Shown here one piece after another: positions 13,032-25,600 of a stretch of DNA of 64,000 nt (the first letter of the stretch is position 1; the number at the start of each line of letters is the position of its first letter). The position numbers were made by a program, and so were the translations under genes. Source of the DNA: Fimicolochytrium jonesii (taxonomy: Eukaryota). Where the stretch lies: NCBI RefSeq assembly GCF_025526975.1, contig NW_026515680.1, positions 434,001 to 498,000 of the forward strand, read 5' to 3'. The notes below the pieces were generated by a model that did not search any database, was not told the DNA's origin, and worked only from the letters and a program-made list of their open reading frames with translations.

Positions 13032-14585
13032 ATGAGCTCCTACCGAGCTCCTCAGTCCAGTGGCATGACAGTCCCAGTCTGTTCGCAACCCGTGCTCGCC
13101 AGGGCCTCTGTTGGCAGAAATCCGACTATGAACAACTTGAGCGACAAGCATACCCCGTTTGAGAAGCTGAGCTCGCCAGTATCCCAAAAGCTGACCCTCG
13201 ACGAGCTCGCGGCGAAGTCTGAGCAGCTGGCGTTGGCAAAAGGAATCAGAGTCAGTTCCTCTCGTGGCACCCGCTCAAACACCACGGCTGTTGAGCAGCC
13301 GTTGTCTACGAGCCACCAACAACGGAGCCATCCACAGCAAAATGTGAGAAGCTACCAGCCGCCGCCGCCGCAGCAGCAGCAACAGCAGACGCCATCGGTT
13401 CCGAGACATCAGCAGCATCCGGATCAAACTCGAGTAGTCCCACCCCAAATACGCGGAAACGTTCCTTCCTTCCATTATTGGATGCCGGTCCCTGCGTTAC
13501 TCCACGGAGCCAAGCTGCCGCCGGATCAGCGCAAGTCACTCGAAGCAGCATACGGCCGAGTTACCCCTCCATTCCCTCAAATGATCCCAACGGCTCACTA
13601 CCTGATGTCTCGTCGGGTCTCGGCTCCAAATTGCCTTACGGTTGCGCCACCCCCCGCGCGGGGTTCGGAGCTCCAGCCCAGGGACGGGATGTACGCAACG
13701 AATCCGCAGCATGGACCTGTTCGCATGGGGCGCCCGGTACAACGATCCGCGCAGACTCACCAGGCCGCTGGAGGCTCATACGGTAGATACTCGACATCGT
13801 ATCCCTACCCAATGCATATGCCTTCCGCAAAGCAACAAGTGAGTCAGTACTCGGTGACTCAGTTTTCCGGTCCCCGGCTTCAGACGCTGTCCACCCCTGC
13901 TGCACCCGCAGCCGAGAACCCGAATCTCCAGGCTTCTCGCCGGTTGTCGACTTTCATCAAGAAGCCACATGCGAAGGGCGGTTACGTTGCGTCGCATCCA
14001 ATGGCGTCGCCGCCGACACCGGTACATTCTACCACCGCAAGTCATCAAAGGTCAAAGGACCAGTATGCACAGGCATATCAAGCAGCAGCAACGCGCGCGC
14101 AACGTCCGGTGAAGACTGCTTCGCACCAGCCGCCTGCGCATAAGACCAGCGCTCAAGCAACGACGCAGAAATCGACGATTATCGAGACCATCCCATGTCC
14201 CATCGAACGACTCGACGTGACCGAAACAGACGAGAAGTGGAGGATAGACGCGCAGTTCTCGCCAAGGTTCGCTCGCGACGACATTTTCGTCATCGTTGTT
14301 GAAGGGCAAGATTCCTCTCTCAGGCCGAAGAGCTCACGAGAACCAGCTCACAAGCCGAGTGAGGCGGTCTCCTCTTCGGTCGCGGCGGCGCCCAGTGAAG
14401 TGGCTAACCTTGCGATATATATGGAAGCGATGCGGATCGAGAATCAGGCTGACGGCAAAAAGGATGTATACTCGTCACAGACTTCCGTGTCGTTAGGAAC
14501 TGCTCCTGGCATTGTTGGGTCGCTCGCGGTGAGCGATGTCGTGAACGGTCGTCTAACGGTGACCGTTGATAAAGCTGTACTGTGA
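13032..14585 (+). CDS. Q/P-rich low-complexity protein with a divergent C-terminal alpha-crystallin/HSP20-like domain
   Basis: Single ORF of ~517 aa. RLDVTETDEKWRIDAQF..FARDDIFV and the terminal VVNGRLTVTVDK resemble the alpha-crystallin beta3-beta5 and beta9 motifs. Confidence 0.55.
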   Translation: MSSYRAPQSSGMTVPVCSQPVLARASVGRNPTMNNLSDKHTPFEKLSSPVSQKLTLDELAAKSEQLALAKGIRVSSSRGTRSNTTAVEQPLSTSHQQRSHPQQNVRSYQPPPPQQQQQQTPSVPRHQQHPDQTRVVPPQIRGNVPSFHYWMPVPALLHGAKLPPDQRKSLEAAYGRVTPPFPQMIPTAHYLMSRRVSAPNCLTVAPPPARGSELQPRDGMYATNPQHGPVRMGRPVQRSAQTHQAAGGSYGRYSTSYPYPMHMPSAKQQVSQYSVTQFSGPRLQTLSTPAAPAAENPNLQASRRLSTFIKKPHAKGGYVASHPMASPPTPVHSTTASHQRSKDQYAQAYQAAATRAQRPVKTASHQPPAHKTSAQATTQKSTIIETIPCPIERLDVTETDEKWRIDAQFSPRFARDDIFVIVVEGQDSSLRPKSSREPAHKPSEAVSSSVAAAPSEVANLAIYMEAMRIENQADGKKDVYSSQTSVSLGTAPGIVGSLAVSDVVNGRLTVTVDKAVL

Positions 14586-14778
14586 GGGCTTCTGTTCCAT
14601 TGTGGGATGTTCTCATTAGCGGTTTTTTATTCTTTTCAATCATGATTATTTGGGTGTGTTTCTTCAACAAGCCTTTCTTGAGTCGTTGTTTCGATCTATA
14701 TAACGGCTTCACTACGTGATAATATACTTGTCCTCTATCTAAGCCATCCAATGTGACCTGGAAGCGTCAATCGCCATG

Positions 14779-15998
14779 TCATCCTGATAAAGGGCAGGTG
14801 GGGCTCGTTTCTCGCCAGAACTTGCATGCACGAATGAGGCCGAAGTAGTGGAATATTGCCGCAGACACAACGAGAACGTGAAATATTTGATGCGAATGGC
14901 CCTGTTGATAGACGGATGAGTTTTCCAAGCGCCGATGATGCGCTCCACGACACCGCGCGGCACTTACCCAAATGTCGAACGATCCAGGGTACCATCTTTC
15001 GGGAACTCTACTCGCGTAAATGAACGCGCCGATAAGGTAGCAAGCCGCCATGGCAATAAGGTACCAGAAGGACACCGCGGAATTGGTGTGAGTAAACTAC
15101 AAACGACCGATTCAGTCACTGAAGCGCGCACATGACCAAAGTAGGAGCTTTGCACGGCATTTCGCATCGTACCCCTTGGAGATGCATTATGTGAGCTACT
15201 GGGATTATCGCCGACAGACCGAGAGCGACAAAGTTGGAAGTCCGGATAATCCGATATTCGGGCGTTGCGAAATGATTGCTCAAACTCGTATACATCGTTC
15301 CCGCTCCGAATACGGTAATCCCGACCAGATATATTATTCTTTCCGTTGGATAGCATTGCAGCCCATAGTAGATGGAAGGATAGGTGCTGCCGCTAGGTGT
15401 GAGAGCGTCAGATTTAGGTATGAGCGACAAGCAGCGAAAGAGCCGTCTGTAATCTTGCTAACCAGATCAGTATCACTATGCCTGCATAATCTGCTTTGTT
15501 CCATATGCGACACACATGCTGGGAATGACACACCACCAAATGAAAGAATGCCGAAAGTCCAAGACAGGTGATGGCGGAGCACAAGAAGATTGAAATGAAG
15601 ATGATGTCCCCCCAGAGTAGTTTTGCTTCGCCGAGGACGTAGGAAAAAGTGAAGAAGAAGGATGCGATAAAAATCAAAGCTCCCAGAAGGTGCGAAAAGA
15701 CGTTCCCCGTCTCATTGTGGATGTAGCCGAGAGAGCGGATGCAGCCTAGATACGAGTATTGCAGCCTCCTATAGCCGGTTTGAATGAAAAAATTGTCCTG
15801 TGCGAAAATAAGAGGTGCATTCCAGGGCCTTCTTCAACTCTTTCCAGGCGCACTGACTTTTTGCCACGGATCCAACTCGTCATACAGTAGGGTTAGTGAT
15901 TTTGCGTGCGCGGGAGGGGACGGTCGAGAGGGAACGGTTGGCTCGTCTGACGTCGCTGCTGAATGGACAGGCTGTTGCCTCCGTCGCTCTGTGGCCAT
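14779..15998 (-). CDS. PAQR / adiponectin-receptor / hemolysin-III family membrane protein (Izh-like), multi-exon
   Basis: Motifs YDELDPWQ.DNFFIQTGYR, IHNETGNVFSH, SAFFHLVVCHS, DYAGIVILI, YASRVPERWYPGSFDIW and GHSHQIFH. Confidence 0.9.
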
Positions 15999-16623
15999 GG
16001 TGCTGGGAGGGCTGCCGTGGGAATCACTGGGAAAGAGGGATCTGTCGTGAGAGAGAGAGACAGGGGCAAGAACTGTCGGAGTCTGGACGCTTGGGAGGCG
16101 GGGGGCACTCGTCGAGCCTTCATCAGAGCGAGACGGAGGTTGCGGCTGCGCGTCGCTCCCACGTGCAAGACAGACGAGACGGACTGAACAATGAACTCTC
16201 ATCAGAATTTCAATGCAGCACCGTTGATGTAAACGTACACCATATCTGGATTCGTGCGCAATCACAGACTCAGCTACTTGCAGTTCTCCTCTCTCTCTCT
16301 CTCTCGCACGAGAGCAAAGGTTTTGGCATTGAGCGTACATACATTTACAGGTCACATCATGAAGAAACCCCACGACAATCGTGCAGTCAATGAGGTCAAG
16401 GTATGCATCGTGTCTGGAGATACACGCAAGACCCCTGACAGAATTCGACAGCGCGTATCGACATCGAACAGCTGAGAAACAGGACTCCAGCCGAAACTGA
16501 ACATCGAGAAGATATTACTTATAAAGATATTACCCAACGATGATATTACTTAGGAAGATACATATACATTACGTACACGGAACCCTCTTCACATACACAG
16601 CGGAAATGTACATTATGACTAAA

Positions 16624-19600
16624 TTATCGCCGCACTGTTTTTTCCAGTTGAACTCGCTTTTCCACAGGCTGAACGAATTCCGCGGCCTCCTGCCGACGTT
16701 GCTGAAGATCCTCATCAACATATAGCCCACGTCCGCGACCTCCTTGCTCCAATCCCATCGAGACCCGGTTCATATACCATTTCTTGGCCCGAGGAGGTAG
16801 CTCGCGAGGAATGGCCGGGGGCCTCACAGTGTATGACTGTATGGAGGGAAGCTTCACATCGGGCTGAAATGATTCGGAAAACCGGCTCAAGAGTTAGATC
16901 AACACAGTTCCATCACCGATTTCCAGAAATGAAGTTCTAGTTCACCTCAGGTACAGGTACGCTTTGGAGCTCGCTGCTAGGTAATAGCGGACCAACTCGG
17001 ACAATCGGCAAGAGGATCTTCCAGACGTCCGTATCCCCTCCGTAGGTGAACTCTTCTTGCCGTGCATAGTCGATCATTGCTTCGATGCTGTTATCTGCCC
17101 GTGAAAATGCTCTCAATCCTTCGCTGAAAAGCTGCATAGCGCCAAACACTCGTGCTGTAATACGTATGGGTATCGTTTTGGGTTCTGCAAGCGTCCGGGT
17201 ACGCAAGAATAACGAGATCTTTGCATCGCCGGGCCGCACACCTTTGACATATACAGTGAACTTTTGCTTCGTTCTGGGTTGGATTTGCGCGGCGGCCGGC
17301 TGGATTCGGAAGGTGATGTTTCCCCCGGGGATGGAGGAGAGCTCTTGTGAGGAGTTCTCTGAGCCACCGCTCATCCCCGCAAGTCCGAGCGGAACGCGAT
17401 TCTCATCCACCACGAGAACGTCTATCAGGGTATCTCCCACATTCTCCACCTCAAAATGCTTCTTCAGACGTTGCTTCTCGGGAACCTTAGCAAAGTTCAG
17501 CCGGATGGTTCCCCGAAGGTCGTCTTCTTCATCGGCTCCAAGCTGCAGCTCGACAACTGCTGACTGGGGTCGAACTTCTTTCTGTGGCTCGCCTTCTTCA
17601 TCGCCACTCAAGGCGGTAAATCCAAATTGTCCGGCGATACCTTCCAGCTCGATTTGGTCAAGAATCCGCTCGTGACCAGTGAAATGACGAGTACGCGGAG
17701 TAGCTCTGCGGCTTGGAGCACGTCCCGTAGGCGGTTGAAGCTTCTGGACCGAGCCCGGTGCCACTGAAGCCGGAGGCATTGCATCGCTTTCGGCCCCCTC
17801 CTGGTCGTCTGCTCTCAGAAGCTGCTCGAACTCCAGTCGGGCCTGGACCTCTTCAGCGTCCTCCTCCTCTAATTCCTCAACTTGGTCCAGACTAACGAAT
17901 CCGATGCGTCCGCTAGCCGCTTCTCCGGTGTGGCTCGGATTATAGAAGATCTTGACTTTCCGTGACTCGCCGGGGGGAATAGAGAGCTCTCTGGAGGATT
18001 CAACCACCTCGCGTCAGCATTTACGTCGACAAGCATGCCCATCCGCGAAGAACTCAAAGCAACACGTACTTGACATCGGTGGTGAATGCCTCACTGGTTG
18101 TTCTAGCCCCGACACGCATGGTGAGTTCGGTAGGATTCTTGATCTCAACCTCTCTGAACTCAGGGTTGCCGATGCCAACCACACCAAAGTCCGCGAAGCG
18201 TGTGTCCAATTCGACAGCAGGGTCTACACCGGCTCCTTGCAGCTGTACCGAAAAGGAACCCTCATCAGTTTCTAGGTATCCGCTGACGGCGTATCCAACC
18301 GCAATTTGAGGCTTGAATTTCAGGTTTATCTGCCCTTCTTGTCGGGGTCCGAGTTTACCCTGAAATGGAGATCAAAATGCGGTGAGCCGAGTTTATAGAA
18401 GCACCATAACGATGCCCGGGTTGACGAAAGGGGAAGTCTCGCTCCGTCTCTTGTAAACATTCAGCTATACCAACCTCAGAAGCACCATAGACCTCAAAAA
18501 CGTCGCCGTATGCAGGGTCGATATGAAACTTCCAATTGATAGACCTTCGGACAGGGTTGCGGAACGAGAATGACATGTCTTTTTTCCGATTTGTTTGAAC
18601 TGGCCCGAACCCAACTGGAGGGGGTGCCGTAAGTGGCAGAGGTTCCTGATATAAGAAGTTTGAAGGCCTCGTGAATACATAACTAAGGAAAATGAAGAAG
18701 TCGAGCGGAAGTATCCGCTTTCTTTGCATGAGGGTGTCTTACGTCAATTAATGTCCCTTTCAAGCTCAACGACAGAACTTCGTGTGCCTCAATGTCACTG
18801 AATATTTCCAGGAGGCCATCATGTGGCTCGCTGTTTGGTACCGTCGTCTTTGGATCGAAGGCGAAGGGCAGGAGCTCGCACCGGAACTCCCGGACCCCTT
18901 CCGGAGAGATGCTGCCATGATCGGGCGTGATTTGAAATTGCTGATATCGAAGAGATCCAAAACATAATCAGACTTAAGTGAATGTTTGAGAGAGCATTAT
19001 GCCGTGGTGTCTGCCTACCTTATCGCTGACGGTAGATGTGAAAATGACCCCGAAGCCATTGGGATTGTGGACCATGAAGCTGATGGAGGCACCAGTTTCA
19101 ATACTCTGAAAAGTCAGGAAGCTCATTAGTAATCAGCTATGAGGTGTCTCGCCGTATCGAACCCACCACTTCTCCAAAATCGACGCCTCTCAGTCGTTGA
19201 TTGTCTGAGAAGGCCCCATCTTTCATTATGGCCCCAGCCATGATGGTGGCCAGCTGTTTAAGTCCGAATCGATAGGCGAGAGGTACCAAATGGGTTGCCC
19301 CACCATCCACCTGGATGCAGAAAGTGGCACTACGGAGCCCTTTGCGAATCATATGCGTTATACTTTGACCATTCACACTGCCGTCATCATTGAGAGGAAG
19401 CGGGGCGTCAATCCGCACTGTAAATTCCTCTGTTGTCCTACGGAGTCATAAAATGTATGATTTCTGATAAATGTACAACCAGTTTCTCTTAACCTCTGAC
19501 TGTGCGCACCTTTGTGATGCGTCTGTATTTGCCGCCAAAAGAAGCGTTGGCGGCGTTACGCGAACGCCGATGGCGATTTCGGGCTCGGGTTGATTGTGGG

Positions 19601-22600
19601 TCGGGGGGGCGGTGAACATTTTGGCATTTACTTGCGCTTGATAAGCGCAATCGTTCGAGATGGGGAACTTTGACGTGAACGGAATCGCGCATCAAAAAAT
19701 ATGGTCTTCGCAAGCCTCCGAATGTTGCAGGTACTACCTTTCGTTCCTCAAAGCTTCCGATGTAGACAATGCCAAAATCCAGCACTTCAGGAAACTCGGC
19801 GTCGTAAATTTTGTACTCAGCTCCTGTTGTTTCGATGAGTTCGCTGCCAGGCAATCAAAGGGCTCACAGTGGAGCACATACCTTGACCCTTCACGACAAG
19901 CGTTTTTGTCTCAGCTTGCGTACGAATTTGCAGGTTTGCCACGTACGGGACGAGCTGGTCGGGTCGGAAAGATACCGGCAAGGATTGAATCTGATCTGCT
20001 TCAATGCGACCTTGCCGGGGAAAGTCTTCTGGGATGGAAATGATTCCTTCCCAGTCCCAGTTGGGAAGGACTTCATAGTTGACAGTGGCTGATCCCTAAT
20101 ACCAGGCGAACATTGTTAATCCAAGGACAAGATATACTTGATCACCGGTAAACGCACAAAAAGACAGATGCATCCTAAATTCCTCGCAAACATACCTCAT
20201 TACTCAGCTGTACGTTCATAGTCTTCCTCGCGCCCAAACCTGTATCTTTGAAATCGAGCTCTGATGGCAAGATGACCAGTTTTGGGTTGCCACTTGCTCC
20301 CACTACCCGGAATGAAGACACTTCCACCCAGTTCCCTGGTGCGTCAGTCTGCGGGAAAGCGAAAAAGTGAGACAGGGCAACTTCTGCGCTATCGTCCCGC
20401 CCCAGAAGATCAAAGTGAAAAGAGCCTCTCCAACTCAAAAAAGGCATACCGTGTATTTTTCGACAATCATTCTTGCCTCTTGCCAATCATCGTCGTCCTC
20501 GGTACATTCGAAGACGGCTTCCAAATGAGCGGTGCCATCCGCAACAAGTTCGCCCTCTGAAATGAGTTCTTGATTAGGATATATTCGACGAGAAGTAGAT
20601 GGATAGCTCCAATGCTACGGACCAGTAGCGCCCAATAGCTTCCACGAACTCGCCAATTGCGTCAAAGTGGTTCCTTTCTCGCCCGACTGCGGTGTCTTTG
20701 GCTTCTTCTTCCTCCTCGACGGCTTTCTGGTGCTATCGACGGCGTCCGTCTCTCCCTCACCGAGGGTGGGGCCAGTTTCCGGATCGTCTGGTACAGCTAC
20801 AGCTTCCAATCGGACCCTATACCGCACAGGGGTACTACCGAAGTTCGTAAGGCCACGCTTGACTGATGCCGTTTCCCCAACCATTATTCGTCCGACGGAA
20901 GCATCGCTCTCACTCTCAATCATAAGCTGTTCTTCATACGCTCGGAAGCTGAACTCGTGCTTTTTCTGGATAGGCTCTTTCCCCAGATTGGTGATCAGTG
21001 TCAACGTGCCGCTGACGACGGATGCTTTCAGCGGGGCCGCGATGATGTTCACGGTCACAGGAAGATGAGGGCTTAGGGGCTGTCCCACTTGCCAATCAAG
21101 AATGTTCATTGTGATCGGAGCATCACTATCATCGGGCTCAAGGAGGATATCGAGAGGTATGTCAAGGTCACCGATGTTCGTAACGGTCAGGGTACCCGTT
21201 TGCTTTTCACGGATTGGCATGTTTGTGAAGCTCAAGGCACCATCGACCTTCCAGTCCGTCACTCCGGATATAGCTTTCAACGCAATGACGCTGACATTGC
21301 CATCAGGTAGCCTAATCTGCACTCCTTCCTTGATTGTTTCCGAGCGAGAGGGCCAAAAAACGATTTTCACAGGCACCGCCGCCTGCGGGGCGACCACAAT
21401 CTCTCCGGAACTGTTGCGTTCAACATCGAAACGGAAGCAATCACTGCTGTGAGCCAAATTCACATTTCCTTCGACGTTCCCGAGATTCGTCAAAGAGAAC
21501 ATCTTTTCATACACGACGCCGACGACGCACATTCCCCAGTCCAGACCGTTAAATAGTTTATCCGCCTCTTCCGCAAATGTCGGCTTAATACGGTATCCAC
21601 CGCCGATGCCTTTGCACTCTAGCGATAAAGGATCCTTGCTCCAAAAGACATTGAAGACCTGAGAATACGCCCCTTCTTGTGGTGCTGTGAAGGTCACTTG
21701 CAATGGGAATTTCTCGCCAATGTCCACGTCTCCCTTGTAGGCACTGAGAACAAAAGGCAGCGAATCAATCGATGCACGAGACACTGGCCGTCCGCCCTCA
21801 GGAATTGCAGCTTCAATCCGGAATGAGTCTTTGTAAGACCCCACATTGTCGATCGTGAGCGTTTGGGAGGTTGCGCACTGTCGTGCTATCAAACCGAAGT
21901 CGATCGCATTGCCGCTCAAAACCAGCCTTGGAGCCCCGATCTTAGCTGTTGCCGTGAACGTCAAGACCACTTCGCCACCCGATATTAGCTCATACGCTTG
22001 CTGATACAACCCGGGCACATCCCCTTGAAAGGTCGCCGAGATGTTCACTGATTCTCGAGGTGCAATTTCCCCAGCGGGTGGCGTCAGCGTGAATAAGTCT
22101 GCACCACCCGACTCGAACCCCGGTGGTAAGAGAGCACCTCCCTCTTTCTTTTGAATCTTATAATCAAAGCCTAAATTGCCGACATTTGGGAGATTGAAAA
22201 GTAAGATTGGGGCGCTCGGCTCCCCTGCTCTCAGCAGGCCCATGTTGAAATCATTTTCTCCTGTGGTCGCTTGCTCTGGCACCTCCACCAAAGTTTCCAT
22301 CAGATGCGTCGTTTCTTGTAACCGCCTCAAAGCACCTGTCAGAAAGTCTCTGTTCCCAATCCAAGGGCTAGCGAGCTGCTCTCGCACAGCTTTCATGACC
22401 GCCCGTGTGCTCTCTAGGATCCTGTCACTTGCAGCAGTCAGTAGAGTTTGTTGCAAAGCTGGATCCGAGACTGCATCGTCATCAGGCATTGCAGCCTGCG
22501 CTTGCTGGATGAGGACCTCAATCGGCGCCTCAAGCTCCCTCAAGGCCCCAGTCGCTCCGGCCAATGAAGCTTTCTCTTCTTGTAGCTGGGTATTGGGTCG

Positions 22601-25600
22601 GGATTCCGTCGTACTGACTCGCCCATCCCTCGAGGACAAGAAGTCACGTACCGCCGCCTCGCGAGTTCGTTTTTCACGGCGCTTTCGGCCTGATCCTGGT
22701 TGGTATTTTCCCAGACCTGGGGAACCAGCTTTGTCACGACCTTGCGCGCTTTTTGGGGTTGCATTGAGGTCATGCAGCCCGATGGCCAAGTCTATTTCGT
22801 TTTCCAGCTGAGACAGCTCATCCATGTATTGCACGGCTGCAGACAGGTCTGCATCGCCGGATGATGGGGTAGTGGGTACTTTCGGGGTCGTCTCCCTGGA
22901 AAGCATCTCCGACGGTGTTTGACGACCACGCGATTGTAGCTGTGGCCGAACATCTGAGCCGTCCATGACCCTTAGTCCGTGCTGCTTCTGGTCTCCTACG
23001 GCCACCAGTTGTACATCGCGAGCGGACGAAGGGGGCCGTCGCCCGGTCGAAGGCCGGGAGCGTGAAAGCTGCGCTTCGGCGTTTGGAGGCATTGGCATTC
23101 TTTGCTGAGTCTTTGCCAAGTCCGCCAACATCGACTGGTCCATTTCAGCAGAACGTAGTCCCGCTAAAACTTCTTGCAAGTTATCCAAGTGTGATTGTAA
23201 GTTGAGTCGTGTCGCTTCGATCACACTTGGAAGGAAATGCGCCTCTTCCGCGGACGTGAGCCGGCCTGCTGTCGAAGACATTTCCGCGGTCTTTGGCTTC
23301 TTGATTGACGTCTCATCGGTGGCCAGAGACGGAGGGGCCAATTTGATGATGGCCTTTCCGCCCGTGGCCATCAGACGACCTCTGTACTGCTCTCCGTCTC
23401 GTGTGCGAATCATCCAATGCCCCGCATAAATGGCATTGTATTCTCTGGGCATCGTTTGCATATCAACCACCAATGAGCCCCCTGGCTCAATGATCTCGTG
23501 CGTGGGATTGATGAAGAAAACATCAAAATCATCGTTGGACATGATGGTCCCATCCTTTGTCACCATTGTGAGGTTGATCTCAAACTCGATGTGCCGTTTG
23601 CCTGTGTTATTCAGCACCATCCCGTGGGTGTGAGTCTTGTTGATGCACACGATACCAAAGTCGATGAACATGTCATCCTCAGAAATTTGCAGGTAGGGAA
23701 CACCAACAATTCCGTAGCACATGAGAATCTTGGACCCAACATCGGTGAAAAACGTTATGCTGTGATGGAGTGATTCGTAATCCTGAGGAGTAAACGTGAC
23801 TTCAAGAATCAGAGTCTCCCCGGGCTGCAAAGTGCCCCCCTCCGGGTCCATAGTCAGCGATGGCGTTTCCGAGCTGGCTTCCCAGTTACACATGGCGTTT
23901 CCGTCGTTCGTGACAACAAATTTCAACGCTTTATTGACATTGATGTACGTTGTGTGAAAGTCGAGTTCGGTATTTTGCAATCGGAACACCGGCATCCCCA
24001 CCTGGACCAACAAAGGGATGACGATCTCCTCCCAGGCTCCTATGGGATTCCGCAACCAACGGATGATGACTTGCGCGGAAGTTTCGATAATACGCTCACA
24101 GTTGCATTCAATCTCAAGCGACTCCAGGCCACCGCTGTCGATGAGGCCCTCGTGATCGAAGGGATCCTCGCTCAACAGCGTGAAGTCCTGACCTGTCTGC
24201 GCGATCTCCAGAAAATACTTGCATGCCAGAAGACCTCGATTGTGCAGGTGCAACGTTTTCGATCCGATCGAGCCCACTTTCAAGCTTCCAAAATCCACAG
24301 CTTCCTCCGTGGAGAGATCTGCGCTAGCTCCAGTTCCGGAGAGCCGCACAATGGATGTTCCGTAATTATGCAGGAAACGCGCCTCGCCATGATATTGAAC
24401 CTGTTCCTTCGGAGGATGAAATTCCACAGGGATGTAGATCTTTTCGCCAGCCTGCAGCGTCCATGTCCTCCCTTTGATCGTAAATTCCGGGTTGATCGAC
24501 TGAAGCGTCAAATTCTGTGCCTCCATTGACATGTTGAGAACTTCCAATTGGAGGAGCGCTACTCCGTCTTTCTGTCCTTCTCTCATCACTCCATACGAGT
24601 CGAGCAGTTCACGATGCTCCATCTTGCGCGTGTCAGGTGCGATGTACGCTTCGGCCGGTGCCAAGCCAAAATCGTGGTAAGGTGGGTAGAGTTCAAGCGT
24701 GCGATACACCCCACCGATGACGTGGACGGACATATTTTTATAAAGAGCTGACAAGCTCTCTGGGTCTTCGTCCGTGGTGATGGGCATATAATGGAAGACT
24801 AGGTCCGTGTCCTTCCTTGCCTGATATCTGCTAGTATAGCCTAAACGAAAGTGATACGAATAAAATGGGCGAAGTTGCGGTAGTTGTAGTAGCGATGCGT
24901 GATCCAAGAGATTGAGCTTCCCCGTGCGCTGAATGCGAATCGATTTTCCCTCCTCTTCCGATGGACCCTCGTTTCTACGGTTTTTATCCTTCACCTTCCT
25001 CACCCCTGTCGAACCTGAAAGTAACTGTTTCAGTACGCTAAAAACCGAAAACTTCCGCCTCAAGATGCTCCAAAAGTCCCGCTTTACTACGATGGCGTTG
25101 CGGCCCGCCCGCTGCCCCGAGTTCACTTCATAAGGAACTGTCGATGTTATCGTCAAGTAGTCCAATTTGACCAAATCCAGGTTATCAGCCGTCACAGCTT
25201 TCAAAGTCAGCGGCAGGGTCCCTTTGTTGGTGAGATGAAGAGATAGGTACCCGACAGTTCCTTCGCGTTGAAAGCCAAAATCAACGTCTTTCGTTTCGTA
25301 CTTTTCGCAGATGAGCTCGGCTGTCCCGCCAGTGCCGGTCAAAAGAACAAGATAAAGCTTATGATTTGAGAACGCTAGAACCTTGATCTGACTCGTCCGG
25401 GACTCCGTTGGTGAGTAGGTCACCACTATCTCTTGATTTCCTTTGGGAGGAAGATAAAACGACTTTGGACTGATATCAAAAGGAGGACGCGATAGAATGG
25501 TGACTGGCGCTTCCGTAGACCCATTGTTGGAGATAATAATCTTCCTTTTCTTTTTTTGGTATACTACCGTGCTACCAAAGTCCAACGTGTCTGGAAGCCC

